Of a stretch of DNA of 59,903 nt, positions 12,651 through 24,542 are shown piece after piece; position 1 is the stretch's first letter, and the number at the start of each line of letters is the position of its first letter. The stretch is from Perkinsus olseni (taxonomy: Eukaryota). Both the position numbers and the translations under genes were made by a program. The notes below the pieces were generated by a model that was given only the letters and a program-made list of their open reading frames with translations, did no database searches and had not been told where the DNA came from. Location: NCBI GenBank assembly GCA_013115125.1, contig JABANN010000156.1, forward strand, positions 1 through 59,903, in the 5' to 3' direction.

Positions 12651-13595
12651 TGTAACGCAACCGAGAACTAGGCCCAGGACAAGCACTAGCGTCACAGTGA
12701 AAAGCCGCCGAAGAGTTTATCAATCACAACCATTTCACTGCTAAGAGGTCCTAGAAATATGCCAAAGCCCACAGCGCTCTGAGGACAGCTCCTATGCAAT
12801 AAGTTTGCGATCAACGTAAGCTACAGGCCCCCCGGTCGCCGCATCCGCGTGCAGAAATAGAAGGTTACGAGCTGCGCAAATCTAATCGATTTGCCTCAAA
12901 TTCGCTATAATCGTCCGGTCGGCATCGGCGCAGTTTTATATCGCGACGCCATGTCAACTTGTGTTGTTAGTCGTCCCGCCTTAGCAAGGCTCGCTGCTGC
13001 GGTCAGTGAGGAAACGCTACCTGCTAAAGGGCTCTACATATGCAGGTATGGCAAGGGACAACTCCGATGCCTTGTTACGGTATCATTCCCATTGTGCGAG
13101 ACAATTTCTTGCGAGTATCTTCCAAAGATATGCATAGCAACAGCATTAGCTTCTCGTTCGCACTCTTTGTGTTCGACCGTAGGGCCGTCTTAGGAAGTGT
13201 GGAATAGTCCATTCAATGTATCACGTACCCGGTTGTTGGCCGGTCTCCGTTTCATAGAGCTATACCGCATGTCTTGACGTTTGAGTCTTCAGTGTTCCAC
13301 CGCCGTATTATCGGCTTATAGAGGTCAGATTATTCGGCACTTGGGTTTTAACGTCCGGGACATCTTGGTGCTACTCAACGTTAAAGATTCACAGCTATCG
13401 GCAGAGAACGTGATAGAATTTCATGTTTTAAACGGTGTATCTCCGTGATGGTTTGGGAGGGTCTCAGTTTGCCAAACAGACAAGTCGAATCTAGTACAGC
13501 GTATCTAGTACCGTAAAAATAAGAACAGTAGTGAAGCATCTATGCCATCATCTAGATCTAGATCTATCTATCATCAGCCGGCTGTGATAGTCTTA

Positions 13596-15035
13596 TGAGT
13601 GTGAAAGTTCGACCCTATCGCAGGATGCATGGGTGTGGGTGATACTCCCGATCGGCTTCACGCTTAGTCGGACTCCCACTCTGTGTGAACGGTCGAGAGG
13701 TGAGCGTTCGGAGTATACGAGCTCTGGAGCGTGTTGCTCCCCCACCCGGCATAACTAAACATAGGTCTCAAGTGAGACAAGTCCTATGAGCAGTTATTCT
13801 CTCAACTTCGTGTCAACGTTTTTACAGAAAGCTACCGCGCGAGATTATCCGCCGGATACTGCACGTGAAGTGACCACGATGACGTTGCACTATGACTCAT
13901 CCCTGCGAATGGTCGATGGTAGGTTCACGTCTCGAGAGCTGGTCGGCTTCTGTGAGGCGGCTGTTGCTGAGCTTCGTGGCGCTCCAGACCTACCAGCCTT
14001 GACAAAGACAGCGCGGCACGTGGGTCTGGTTGACCTTAGGATGCGCCGATCGAGCGTAGTGGATCCCGACCAGTAGGTTTGAATTCCGCTGGGCGCTCTG
14101 CTGCTGGCCCAACAGCTTCACGCTAGCATGTCACTACGCTCAGGTTCGAATGCCTTCAGCCATTTGCTGACACTATATGGCTCCCCCTTGCAAAAGCCGT
14201 GGATGCAGTTCGACCGCCTCTGCAAATGCTAGCACGAATAGTATCCTTTTTCTCCGACGCACTTCAACGACCAGCCGTAGTCTTTACTCGGGGAGCCCTC
14301 GACCAGGCAGTTAATGGCGCCTGGCAGCAGAAGGCTCTTCTAGTGAGATCTCTCCGACGTTTGGATATCGACCATCCGGGAATAGAGCACCGTTGTAGAG
14401 GTAACTTTTCGATATGGGTATTGGTCCGTGGCGCGAAGCAATAGTGTGTTAGTTGCCTTGTTGTCGCGACCAACGATAACCCAAAGGTTCGAGGTTCAAT
14501 TAATATTAACGCTCATGCACGCGTCACCAATACCGCCCCTACTGACTGAGGCACAGTTTGCTCAAGTCCTGGTCAGCATCGACCCCCGCTTGCTCGAACG
14601 TATCAATTCTGCCACTGTGATGAGGTAACCGCTGGCGTCTGCTGGTGTCTGTCGTCTAGGCGCTCTTCAGAGCACTTATGGGTTTCGATCGAAGCCGACT
14701 ATTGGAGGCCATGTCGTTACCGGTATTGCGGACATTGCACCGAATGGACTTAGTTCGAATGCCAAGCAAGGACGAGGACGGACCTAACGGAAGGATGACC
14801 ATTAACGCTTTCTTACAGAGTGGCATGGAGCGGAGAGTAACTCCTTCAGTTCATCGTAGTTGCCGATGATGTGATGTGGTCGTGCTTCCAGGTTTTTGCT
14901 GCTCTCTACGCCGCGTGTGGTGCTGACTCGAGTGACTCTCTACGAAAGTTCCGGAGGTCAGTTATGAGCCAAGTTGACTGTTTCCCATTCTCTGTTGACT
15001 TTGTTCTAGACTGGCGCCATGCAATGGAAACATAG
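13596..15035 (+). CDS. Multi-exon helical hypothetical protein
   Basis: ORF fragments at 13786, 14199, 14428 and 14678 are bounded by GT/AG; last exon SVMSQVDCFPFSVDFVLDWRHAMET*. Ends uncertain. Confidence 0.45.
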
Positions 15036-15596
15036 CTATGCCTTGACGTTTCTGTGAGTGCTGTTTCTCCCTTCCGTGGTGCTCTAGTTAGTCGACATGG
15101 ATCGGACATGCTCCGGCTGCCGTATACGAATGGGAGGGAAAGGCATTCGCGTCTTTACCATACAGAACTGCCTAGTCGCACGAATCACATCACATAGGTC
15201 GAGCCGGAAACTCTACGGCTGGATGACTCGATCGTCAGGTAGCGTGAAAGACGTAAAGTTGCTTTTGGAGAATTCTTTTCTGATAGAGAAATCGAGTGAT
15301 AACTTGTGAACCTTTCCTCGGGCGTGTGGTGTAGGGGTATCACGTCTGCTTCGCATGCAGAAGGCCTCGGGATCAATTCCCGGCACGTCCATTCTTGATG
15401 ATCGTTTCACGAAGTACTGGGGTGATATCACAACTTGAGCCACGGCTCGTTTTGTGAAAAGATCACTCACCTTGGCCGACGCGAGAGGTAGTGGCCTTGC
15501 TCGCGCTAGCTTGACTGTACTCTTATGCACTAGTGACAACTCGGAACGAGGAGCTTCCACAGTGAATGTAACAAAACAGTGTAACGATCATTACGG

Positions 15597-17336
15597 CTAC
15601 TGCCGCTTGAAGGCCTCATTAAGTGCGTTGAAAATGCGATCCGCTCTATACTGCTGGTCAGCCGGGGCACTTTGATGCCTGAGCGGCACCGAGAAAAGCG
15701 CCATCTTGGCAAGCGAGGGACGACCACGTCCCACCTGTCTGGATGGCAGAGAATAATCGCTTTCCGATAGGTCTTCTTAACGGCTCCAGTATTCACCATC
15801 AGTTCGCCTGAGAAGTCCCGACTGCTCGGAGGCGCAAGGATCCCTGAACCCACCCACCTGCACTGACTGCCTTCCATCCGGAATTGGGCCAGAGGACATC
15901 GTCCATGTTCGAGAGGAGTGTTCTAATGTCCTTCGGTTGACCCTGAAGGAACTATCCATCGTAGGATGGCCTAGTGCGTCCTCGTACCTGCTCGGTATAA
16001 GCCCAATGGTCCAACTCTTCTGCTAACCGGTCTTGGGCCTCAAGCTTGGCTTCTCGCTTCGTAGCCTCCTCGCGTTGTCTCGAAGCAAACTCCTCCTTCC
16101 CAAATATACATCATGACAGGCACAACGTGGGTAATGAGCTCACATGCTTCGCACGAATGCGCTCCTCTTTTGCTTTCAGCCTTGCAGCCTTCAACGCTTC
16201 CCTATCAAGGCTCTCCGCTCGGATTTGCGGTGCACTGGGGGCCGCCGCCCGAGAGGTGACGCCAGAATAAGCGGCCGAGCTTGAAGGAGGATTAGATACT
16301 AACAAGTATAGATCCCGAGTCACGAGCTTTCTTCCTGCGGCTAACACACCTGTTCGGTGATTAGCATGACCACCCCCAAGGTCCATCAGATCCGCGCCGG
16401 CCTGCTGCTGTCGGGGTTGGTGGCCGCCACCGCTTGGAGGAACGGAGCTTCGTCCTGAAAATTCCTCTAGTGTTGACGCTCAGTAGGCCCGCCGAAGGAG
16501 GGACCGCCTCTCCTGCCCAGCTACTCGAATCGGCCGAGGACTTCTTCTTTGGCCGAGGCTCCGCCTTCGGGGTTGCTGACATTGCACTCCTATACGCCGC
16601 CACTGCTGCCTCAACCTAGTGGGGAACCCACGAGATTAGCGTTGCTGCAGAGCGAAGGCACCCAACCTCAGGGTCCTCCTGATAAAAATAATCTGATTCC
16701 GGCAGGCGGAAAGGGCTGACCGGCAGTGCCTTGACCCAGATCTCTCCTCGATACCTGCGAGCCAGCCATCGAGGAAGGGAGGCCCACACCACACGAGAGT
16801 TTACGTAGGTGGACGGATGTCATCGAAGTCCTCCGTCATGTCCAACCAGACGTAATCATCGAAGTTCTCATCGCTACACCGGAAGCGGTAAGTGAAGGCC
16901 CTTGCTCGAAAGAAGGCGGGCTGTACTGGAAAGTGTTCCTTCACGGAGGCGACGGTGAGGTCGTAGGCGCCGCAAGGCACCACGAACCTGCAAAGAACAA
17001 AGTTCAACTGCAGCGGGCGTACACGGGGCCGTACATGTTGTATTTACCGTTGTCCGGGGACCCTTCCCGGCCAGGGTCCACCACCAGGTAATGCACGAAG
17101 GTGGAGGACGAGGAAGAGTAACCATCTGTACCGTAGTGAGAATCTTACAACAACAACTAGGCGAGCGGCCAGATGGTTCCTGGACGTACCTCGTCGTGAG
17201 CCTACTTCCCCCGCTACCGCTTCCCGTACCTTATCCTGAGAAAGAGAGAGTAAACTGCTAGAGACCTCCAAGCCACGGTGGTGCGTCCGCCCCTTACCTG
17301 CATGAATCGGCTAGCCTGCTCGAGGCCTCGAGACAT
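15597..17336 (-). CDS. Auxilin-like J-domain protein with N-terminal DIX-like domain
   Basis: C-terminal DIRTLLSNMDDVLWPNSGWK...VKKTYRKAIILCHPDR|HQSAPADQQYRADRIFNALNEAFKRQ* is an auxilin-type J domain with HPD. N-terminal LTVASVKEHFP...YRFRCSDENFDDYVWLDM resembles DIX. Confidence 0.85.
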
Positions 17337-17349
17337 GGACTCTAGGTTC

Positions 17350-19218
17350 TTACGGGAGAATATCGAGCTCATGTCGAGGACGGTGACGACAAGGGAAGAC
17401 TACCGACTGCAGCAGCACCACGACTCCGCCATTCCTTCGACTTAACGCAAGGACTCGTTGATGAGCGGAGGCAATGAGAGCATCATAAAAAAGTTGTATT
17501 GAACGTGCCAGGAGTTGACATTCTTCAGACAACTACGTGATTAGGCGGGGCAACCGTCACGGCGGGTGCGGCAGCGGAGGTGGCATTTAGTGAAGGAGTG
17601 GTAGCAGACCAGGGTGGCCAGGGTGGACGCTTGTTCCACATACTGTCGATCTGAATGGTATGGCAATAGCTGTGGAAGGAAGGCCAGCAGCGGCAGGCTC
17701 ACCCCCCAAACACTGGCCCCGTGCAGCCAGATGCCGACGAACAGTGACTGCCAAGCAAAGCTTAGTCGACTACGAGGCTCACGGCAACTGAAGAAAAAGG
17801 AAGAAGTAGGGCGGAGCGAAGCAAAGGTGTACATGTTACATCATAGCCATTAGATAGGCTGTGAACCAATGATGTAGGTGCAGTCCATCGGATGTCGGCT
17901 CGGCAACCAAGGTGAGAAACGTCTGATAGGTAGGGGTGGAAGGCGAAGAGGTCTGTTGAGGCTTACTATGGCTATCAACGCCCCTGTAGTCCCTATGACA
18001 AACTGCTTCAGATACCGCCCACGGATAGCGAATACTATCTGATGACGATGGAGCGCACTTGTGGATGCAGGATGCGGGCTTGTTATGGTATTACATGGAG
18101 CCAGAAGCACCATAGGGTAGCTGATAGAAGTATGCCAGCGGCAATCCACTGTAGTAGCTTCCAATGGGTGATGCTCTTCAGCGACAGCGTCATGTGAGTA
18201 CCGACAATCTCTTGAAACAGCGTACAGGACACCGTACTGAGCTGAGGGAGGGGTGGTACGAGGAGACGAGGTCGTTGTCCTACTGTAGCGAACAGTGTGA
18301 AGGCGAGCCAGGTACCGACAGTGGTGAGTCTATCTTTCAACTTTCCAGCCGAGTAAAGGCCAACTCCTAGTAGGAGACAGAGCAGGGCATCGAAGGCATG
18401 CGGGGATATCCTGACCACAACAAGGAAGGGCTGGGCCGACCCTCAGGGCTCTGCTGCTTCCTACCCCTTGGGGTTGCTGCCCATGTGCACACTCGCCGCT
18501 GACGCATACCCCAGATAGAAAACAGGCAAAACGACCCCGAACGACCAAGTAGCTGGGCGATAGAGGAAAGGTACCGGACGATTGAATCTGAGCGATGACC
18601 AGAATCTGGTCACCAGATACCAACTACATTTGGGCAGCCGAGTCGGGCAATGGTTCCATAACAACTGCCACCGATGCAGCAGCGTGGCTATACGATTTAT
18701 AATCGCCCGATCGATCACCGAAATTTCTACCTCCACTATGAGTCACCGCCGAAGTAAATCGACGATTCAGAATAAGACTCACGGCTCTCGAAGCAACCTC
18801 CCAGATGACTCGATCTTCTCGGAAGTGGCCAGCCCTGCTGCTCACACTTAGTTGGTACTAGGATTCGCTAAGTTGTCCGCCAGCGATGAGATACCCTCAC
18901 ACAGAGCGCTACGATGCACAATCTCACCACCCTCTTACAGAACGCATCCACTGCTGCTGCTCTCGCTGACCAGATCCTCATCACCCACAAAGCCATGGGA
19001 GTCGGGTATGAGATGAGCCCGGGCGGCAGATATCCCCATAGTCCTGAGCAACAGGAGCAGCTGCTACGCTGCAATCCTGCCAGGCTGCACTACTACTCGG
19101 ATGAAAGTAGGGCCTCCTCCGGGCTTTCGATTTCCAGCGGAGGCAGCCTAGCTGTCGAGGCATGGAGGGCCCTAGCCGCGCCGCCGCGAGAGAAGAATTG
19201 GCGAAAGGAAAACACCAT
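17350..19218 (-). CDS. Multi-pass membrane hypothetical protein
   Basis: Several hydrophobic exon fragments (WSFGVVLPVFYLGYA; ALLCLLLGVGLYSAG; LLQWIAAGILLSATLWCFWLH) separated by short introns. Ends uncertain. Confidence 0.45.
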
Positions 19219-19446
19219 CTAGCAGCATCAAGACTGGCTGAAGAGAGGGAGAGTTTGGTTCCTGCTGCTGCTGCTGCTGTGCCCACCCCTCCACTGGAAT
19301 CAACGACAACACTGGAGATAGCAAAAGGGTAATCATCATCATCGTCAATACAAACTCATCACGACTTCCGTACTTTATTATTGCATCTACTGAATCACAA
19401 CTGTTGCTACTGCTGCTGAAGAGGTTGCCGAGCCTCAGTTCTGTAG

Positions 19447-22400
19447 CTAGTAGGAGTAGCCATCGCCTTCTGCATCATCCTGCTGATACCAGTTATGAAC
19501 TGTCAAACTACAGTTGTAATCATGTAACTTCACACCACCAATGGCTAGGGCCATACGACGGGCTCGCTGAATCTGCTGCTCACTGCCGAAGCCCTCATGA
19601 TGAAGAGGAGCAGAAGCAGCTGAGCTCTTGGTACGGTGGTCACCTAGGGCGTCCAGCCACTGCTCAGCAACCATGTCGATGGCTTCACGGAATATCAGTC
19701 GGACATTCCACAGAATTTCCAACGCCTCACAGTCGCTCATCAAGGCTTTATCACTGAGATAGAGCCCAGCGCCGGGACAGTAGCGCATCCTAGCCGTAGA
19801 GGCCACCACCAGTGTTGCTGGCATGATGGGGGTCAAGCAGCCAATCCGACCTCGGGCCTCATCCCGACCGAACCACATACCATCAGAGCGACCAGAGTAG
19901 GCGAAGAGCTGTAGGTACTGATAACCTTGGTTGTCGGGACTTAATTGTGGGTATAGATGTATAACAGAGGATTCCGACGGCCTCAGTTTGGTGCTATACC
20001 CAATTTTGCCCACTTCATAGGGCGGGTCTATGGTTCTCATCCCACCGGCGGCATCCGACTGACATATGTCAGAACCGACCACTGCTGCTAATACCGTCTC
20101 CAAGGCAGGTACATGATGTATTATTAAATCCCTCGCGCACCAGCCATCACCAATGATGATGCGCTTGGTGCCCTCCCCCCAGGGAAAGTGCTTCTGTGGT
20201 GCCAGACCGTTCCGATCCAACCAGTCTAGGAGGAGGTCCCGCTCAGTCCACATCCCCGCCAGAGCACTGTGCCGCAGATGACGACGCTTAGCGAACGATT
20301 TGGCAGCACGATGGCCCTCGCGTATCCATTTCTGCTCCCATTCGATCTCGAATATCACCTTCTCAAAGTGGTCACTGAGTATCGGGTCTCGTCGGGCCTC
20401 TTGACCATCCACGCCGAAGTGGACCTCAGTCGCCGCCTCAATAGGTAGGAGCTTCTTCCTTGGCCCGATCGACCTGCCTTCATCTGAATCGTCACCGGAA
20501 GCATCGTCGCCATCCAGGACCTCCGACTCAGCTCCGACGTAGATGTCGTGATGGCCCGAGAGAAGAATCAGAGTCACCGCCAACCAGAATCCAATAGCAT
20601 CATCATAGGACCCCGTATTGAAGAGTAAGCGAGCGCAGAGTAGGCCACAACCCTGAGTGGCGCCCAAAGGAAGCCTAGCCAGCACCCTGCCTCTGTTGGT
20701 GATATGACCAGCCTTGTTGAGAGCACCAGCCTCTCTCAGCATCGACGCGGACAGCACTACCCGCCGAGCCTCGGGATCGTGCGGAAGGCTCCTGTAGAAG
20801 CTGAGCAGCTCATCAAGGCCTCTAATAAAGCGACCATCAGAGATGCAGAGCGACTGCAGTAGAATATCCTCGAGAGGCTCCCGAGCTATACTGGGCTGCA
20901 GCTGGTCAGGGAGGCCGAAGTGGAACATTCTTTCGAGGACGAGGTGGAAGCAGGTGCCGCTGCACGTACGACCGGTTCGACCTCTGCGCTGCAGACAATT
21001 GAACTTACCGGCCCACCAAACCTCCAGGTAGTGCTTGGACTTCTTCACCTTCTGCCGGCAGCAGTCTATGACGTATCTTAGGTCGGGGATGGTGAGACTC
21101 GTCTCAGCCACATTGGTGGCAAGAACGCATTTAATTCTAGGACCCTCGACGCTCTCAAGCCGCTTGAATAGCTGACTCGCATGCTGGCCCGCTGTCACCC
21201 TGTGAAAGGGTATAAAATAGTAGTGCTGTCTGAAGGTCTCCGCGCACGGTGAAGATTTCACAAGATACCTCATCAGCTTTGCTATAGAGCCCATACCAGG
21301 CAAAAAAATAAGCACCGCACAGTACCGTTTTTCGCTCTCCTTCTCCGGTTGATACATCTCCTCCATCTTGTCCGTCCAATCGTTTATTATCCACATCAGC
21401 AGACTTTCGATCAACTCCGTGGGGATCCTGCGAGCCTCCAGAACCGGCGAGCTCAACGCAGTCTGCACCAGCTCGTCGTCATCGTAATTAGTCAGCCCAG
21501 CTTCCTCTGCCTTCTTGTTGACCTCGGCATCACTGAGAGGCAGGGAGGCCCAGGCGCTCACGTAGTCCCCCACGTCAGCGCTCGAGTTCATCTTGACGGA
21601 GGGCGGAGGTTCGAATCCCAGCAGCTTCACCGTCTCCTCCAAGTAGTACTCTTTGATATCATAATGATTCTCGTTGACAGTGAGAAGGTTCCCTTGCGCA
21701 GCGCTGCCAGGCTTCAAGTACTCCAGCATATCCACCACCGATGCCGAGGCAGACATGAGGATGATCTTCAACCGTCCTTGACCGACAAGATTCGACTTAA
21801 CCACTCCCAGTAGTACATCCAATTCCTTGCTCCTCTCGTGCACTTCATCCAGTATAAGGTGGGTAACACCATTGAAGTCAGCGCCATCCTTCTGACCAAT
21901 GGAAGCTAATAGGCTCCCCTCAGTACAGTACAATACCGACCCCTTGTCCACTGTTGTTAGGTGACCAGGAAGAGACGATATATTATGAACTATATAGCCG
22001 ATGGATTGCTCATCCCCTTTACTACGACGCCTCTCATTACGAACCTTCATTGCCACCGATAGGGTCGCCATCCGCCTCGGCTGCGTCACAAGAATTCTAT
22101 AAGGAACTCCGATCTCCCTGCCATGGTCCAGCAGCATCTGGGGCACTTGTGTAGTCTTGCCCGACCCAGTAGATGCCTGGATGCCCACCACGTCCGTACG
22201 GCGCAGTAAGGCCTTCAATGGCTCGAAGATCTGCCGTATCACCAATTCCTTGGGTGGGACCTCCGAAAACACCGTCCTGGAGACCCCGTGAGTCTCCGAC
22301 TTGTTTACACTATCTCCCATTCTTTGGTCCCTGAATCTTGATCTCCACGGATCGTAGGCAGCATAAGCTCCCGATGGCGGTGGTAGCCTGTGCCTCTTTT

Positions 22401-22506
22401 TCTTAACATCCCCTGGTCGACCCAGAGGACGAAAGTGGCCCTCTGGGCCCTCAATATCCACGTAGTTGGGTATGATGAGAGGAGAAATGAACGCGCAAGA
22501 GCACAA
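19447..22506 (-). CDS. DEAH-box RNA helicase (DHX9/DHX36/DHX57-like)
   Basis: Uninterrupted ~1000-aa ORF with GSGKTT, TQPRR, DEVHER, MSAS, IFLPG, ATNVAETSLTI and QRRGRTGR. True start uncertain (first in-frame ATG at 22320). Confidence 0.93.
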   Translation of the reverse strand: MCSCAFISPLIIPNYVDIEGPEGHFRPLGRPGDVKKKRHRLPPPSGAYAAYDPWRSRFRDQRMGDSVNKSETHGVSRTVFSEVPPKELVIRQIFEPLKALLRRTDVVGIQASTGSGKTTQVPQMLLDHGREIGVPYRILVTQPRRMATLSVAMKVRNERRRSKGDEQSIGYIVHNISSLPGHLTTVDKGSVLYCTEGSLLASIGQKDGADFNGVTHLILDEVHERSKELDVLLGVVKSNLVGQGRLKIILMSASASVVDMLEYLKPGSAAQGNLLTVNENHYDIKEYYLEETVKLLGFEPPPSVKMNSSADVGDYVSAWASLPLSDAEVNKKAEEAGLTNYDDDELVQTALSSPVLEARRIPTELIESLLMWIINDWTDKMEEMYQPEKESEKRYCAVLIFLPGMGSIAKLMRYLVKSSPCAETFRQHYYFIPFHRVTAGQHASQLFKRLESVEGPRIKCVLATNVAETSLTIPDLRYVIDCCRQKVKKSKHYLEVWWAGKFNCLQRRGRTGRTCSGTCFHLVLERMFHFGLPDQLQPSIAREPLEDILLQSLCISDGRFIRGLDELLSFYRSLPHDPEARRVVLSASMLREAGALNKAGHITNRGRVLARLPLGATQGCGLLCARLLFNTGSYDDAIGFWLAVTLILLSGHHDIYVGAESEVLDGDDASGDDSDEGRSIGPRKKLLPIEAATEVHFGVDGQEARRDPILSDHFEKVIFEIEWEQKWIREGHRAAKSFAKRRHLRHSALAGMWTERDLLLDWLDRNGLAPQKHFPWGEGTKRIIIGDGWCARDLIIHHVPALETVLAAVVGSDICQSDAAGGMRTIDPPYEVGKIGYSTKLRPSESSVIHLYPQLSPDNQGYQYLQLFAYSGRSDGMWFGRDEARGRIGCLTPIMPATLVVASTARMRYCPGAGLYLSDKALMSDCEALEILWNVRLIFREAIDMVAEQWLDALGDHRTKSSAASAPLHHEGFGSEQQIQRARRMALAIGGVKLHDYNCSLTVHNWYQQDDAEGDGYSY

Positions 22507-22692
22507 ATAACCTACAACGGAGCGCCCCTGGGCCTATGGTTTAATTGGACAGCTCGAAAACGTGTAAGTAGTGGAAGCAGCAGCATTAGCCTCATGTGAC
22601 GGTGACCTCGATTACGGAATCGTGCAGCAGCTGCTCAATAAATTGCAATGTACTTGATAATAGTATCATACTATGTTACATCATCATGATGC

Positions 22693-24327
22693 TCAACATT
22701 CTTCCACTTCTTCATCATCTTGCCTACCACACCGGAATACCCGTTTCAGTTTTGCGCATGACTTCTGGTGCTGGCATTCCTCCGGTATAGCATCCAGCCC
22801 CCTACCCCCCATACTACTACCCACTTTACTCCTCTTTATTTCTCTCCTATCATTCTGCCATCGCTTGAAAAAGTCCCTGGTCCTAATGTAAGGTGGATCT
22901 TCGACATCGAAAACTCCAACAATATTCCGCGTGATGGCGTCGCCACCAGTGACAACAGAGATATCCGACGCGGATGGGGATCGGCCTACTGAGGAATTGG
23001 CTATATAAAGATGATGGAATCCCGATCGTTCAATAGTCTCAACATCAGGCAAGGCCCCAACAGACATGACTGACATGAGGACGTTGACACCAGTAGTACT
23101 CCGAGGAGACGAACTTGAAGGGGCAGCTACCGAGGGAGCCTCTTCCACACCGATCTCAACCTGCTCAGGATCTGCTATTGAATGAAGATGATGCTCTAAT
23201 GCTTCCTGAGAAGGCACAGAGAGGGCCGAGATACTTGGCGAGACCATCGCCGAGACAGCTTCAAGCATGCTGCTGGCGTTATCCACTTCCGGCGATTGCT
23301 GATGATGTTGTTGACGTGGTGATGGATGAGGCTGAGGCAATCGTTTCTTCTTAGGGGCGAGCAAAGATACGCCCCAGAAGAGTACCAGTGTACCAAGAAT
23401 GAATAGAGGTAGCTGCCAACTAGCCATCTTGTCGAACTCTTGAAAGACGACCCCTCCTGAAATCATAGTCCAGGACGTCCAACACACTTGCGTGAGCGGT
23501 ATAATGTAGGCACCAGCAAAGACACGCAGCGATCGATTCAACTGTATGACCCAGATGATGGCCGCTATTACCCACAGAAACAATACTAAAAAAGTACGTC
23601 CCTTATACAGTTCCTGCCATTGACCGTCAGTGAAGGCCTCCGCTATGATTAGCGACAACACTTTACCACTGACAACGGACTGGGCACCAAGCATCGCCGA
23701 TAACATAACAAACGAGGTGGGTAGGAAGAACCTCGTTAGCGGGGTCTGGCTCCTCGGCAGAGACAGTTCAAATACTAGGACACGCTCTGAGCGGGAATGA
23801 TGCTTCCACACAGGAAGGACACCTGTCCGGAACCAAAAGGCACTGGCAAGAAAGCAGACCACGCCGACAACAGAGCATATGAAGACCAGATGGTTCTCGG
23901 AGAAGTAATACTCGTCAAAGAAGTAGTTGACCGTCGCCGAGTCATCAGAGTTGGCACTGGATACCACAACTAAAGCGATGCCACCTATCAGCCAGCATGT
24001 ACCCAATACACTACGGAACGTCACCGGTTCTCCCAACAGATACCGGGAGAAGACTAAGTTGGATACGAACTGGATCGCTGATATTCCAGCCAATAGAGTC
24101 TGTGGGGCTAGAGAGAAGGATAAAAACGTCAGTATCGTGCCGAGGACGAATAGAGTAACACCAATCCTCAGATAGGGTCCAATGCCTTTCCGCTGCTCTG
24201 TGTGGAACTTCATCAGCACTGTGCCCAAGTTAGTAGTTATCGCACCGAGGACGTTGATACCGATACCCGGGGCCAGATTCTGGGAAGAAGAAGAGCTAGA
24301 GGTGTCAGAATCATTAGTGAAGGGCAT
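22693..24327 (-). CDS. NIPA-family (DMT) Mg2+ transporter-like protein
   Basis: Intronless ORF with about nine hydrophobic segments; SLAPQTLLAGISAIQFVSN...LLGE and IIPLTQVCWTSWTMISGGVVFQEF match NIPA motifs. Confidence 0.85.
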   Translation of the reverse strand: MPFTNDSDTSSSSSSQNLAPGIGINVLGAITTNLGTVLMKFHTEQRKGIGPYLRIGVTLFVLGTILTFLSFSLAPQTLLAGISAIQFVSNLVFSRYLLGEPVTFRSVLGTCWLIGGIALVVVSSANSDDSATVNYFFDEYYFSENHLVFICSVVGVVCFLASAFWFRTGVLPVWKHHSRSERVLVFELSLPRSQTPLTRFFLPTSFVMLSAMLGAQSVVSGKVLSLIIAEAFTDGQWQELYKGRTFLVLFLWVIAAIIWVIQLNRSLRVFAGAYIIPLTQVCWTSWTMISGGVVFQEFDKMASWQLPLFILGTLVLFWGVSLLAPKKKRLPQPHPSPRQQHHQQSPEVDNASSMLEAVSAMVSPSISALSVPSQEALEHHLHSIADPEQVEIGVEEAPSVAAPSSSSPRSTTGVNVLMSVMSVGALPDVETIERSGFHHLYIANSSVGRSPSASDISVVTGGDAITRNIVGVFDVEDPPYIRTRDFFKRWQNDRREIKRSKVGSSMGGRGLDAIPEECQHQKSCAKLKRVFRCGRQDDEEVEEC

Positions 24328-24542
24328 TCTCGTCGTCAAGTTGGACACTCGGTTGAGCGTGATAGTAACTATACAAGCCAACTGAAGAGATACACCCCTA
24401 CGCTATGATGTAACACAATACACCTTTGGAGTGGTACCATGACAAAAAGCAATGTTTGGCGCGGCAGCTGTATGATAGACAGTACGTCCCTACTGGTCGG
24501 ACCAGTGTGGTCCGTGGACTGTATGACCAAGCCAGCTACTAC

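Noticed and set aside
21601-21620. B-box-like GGTTCGAATCC (also near 26772 and 37840)
   Set aside because: These lie within clear coding exons and are explained by amino-acid sequence.
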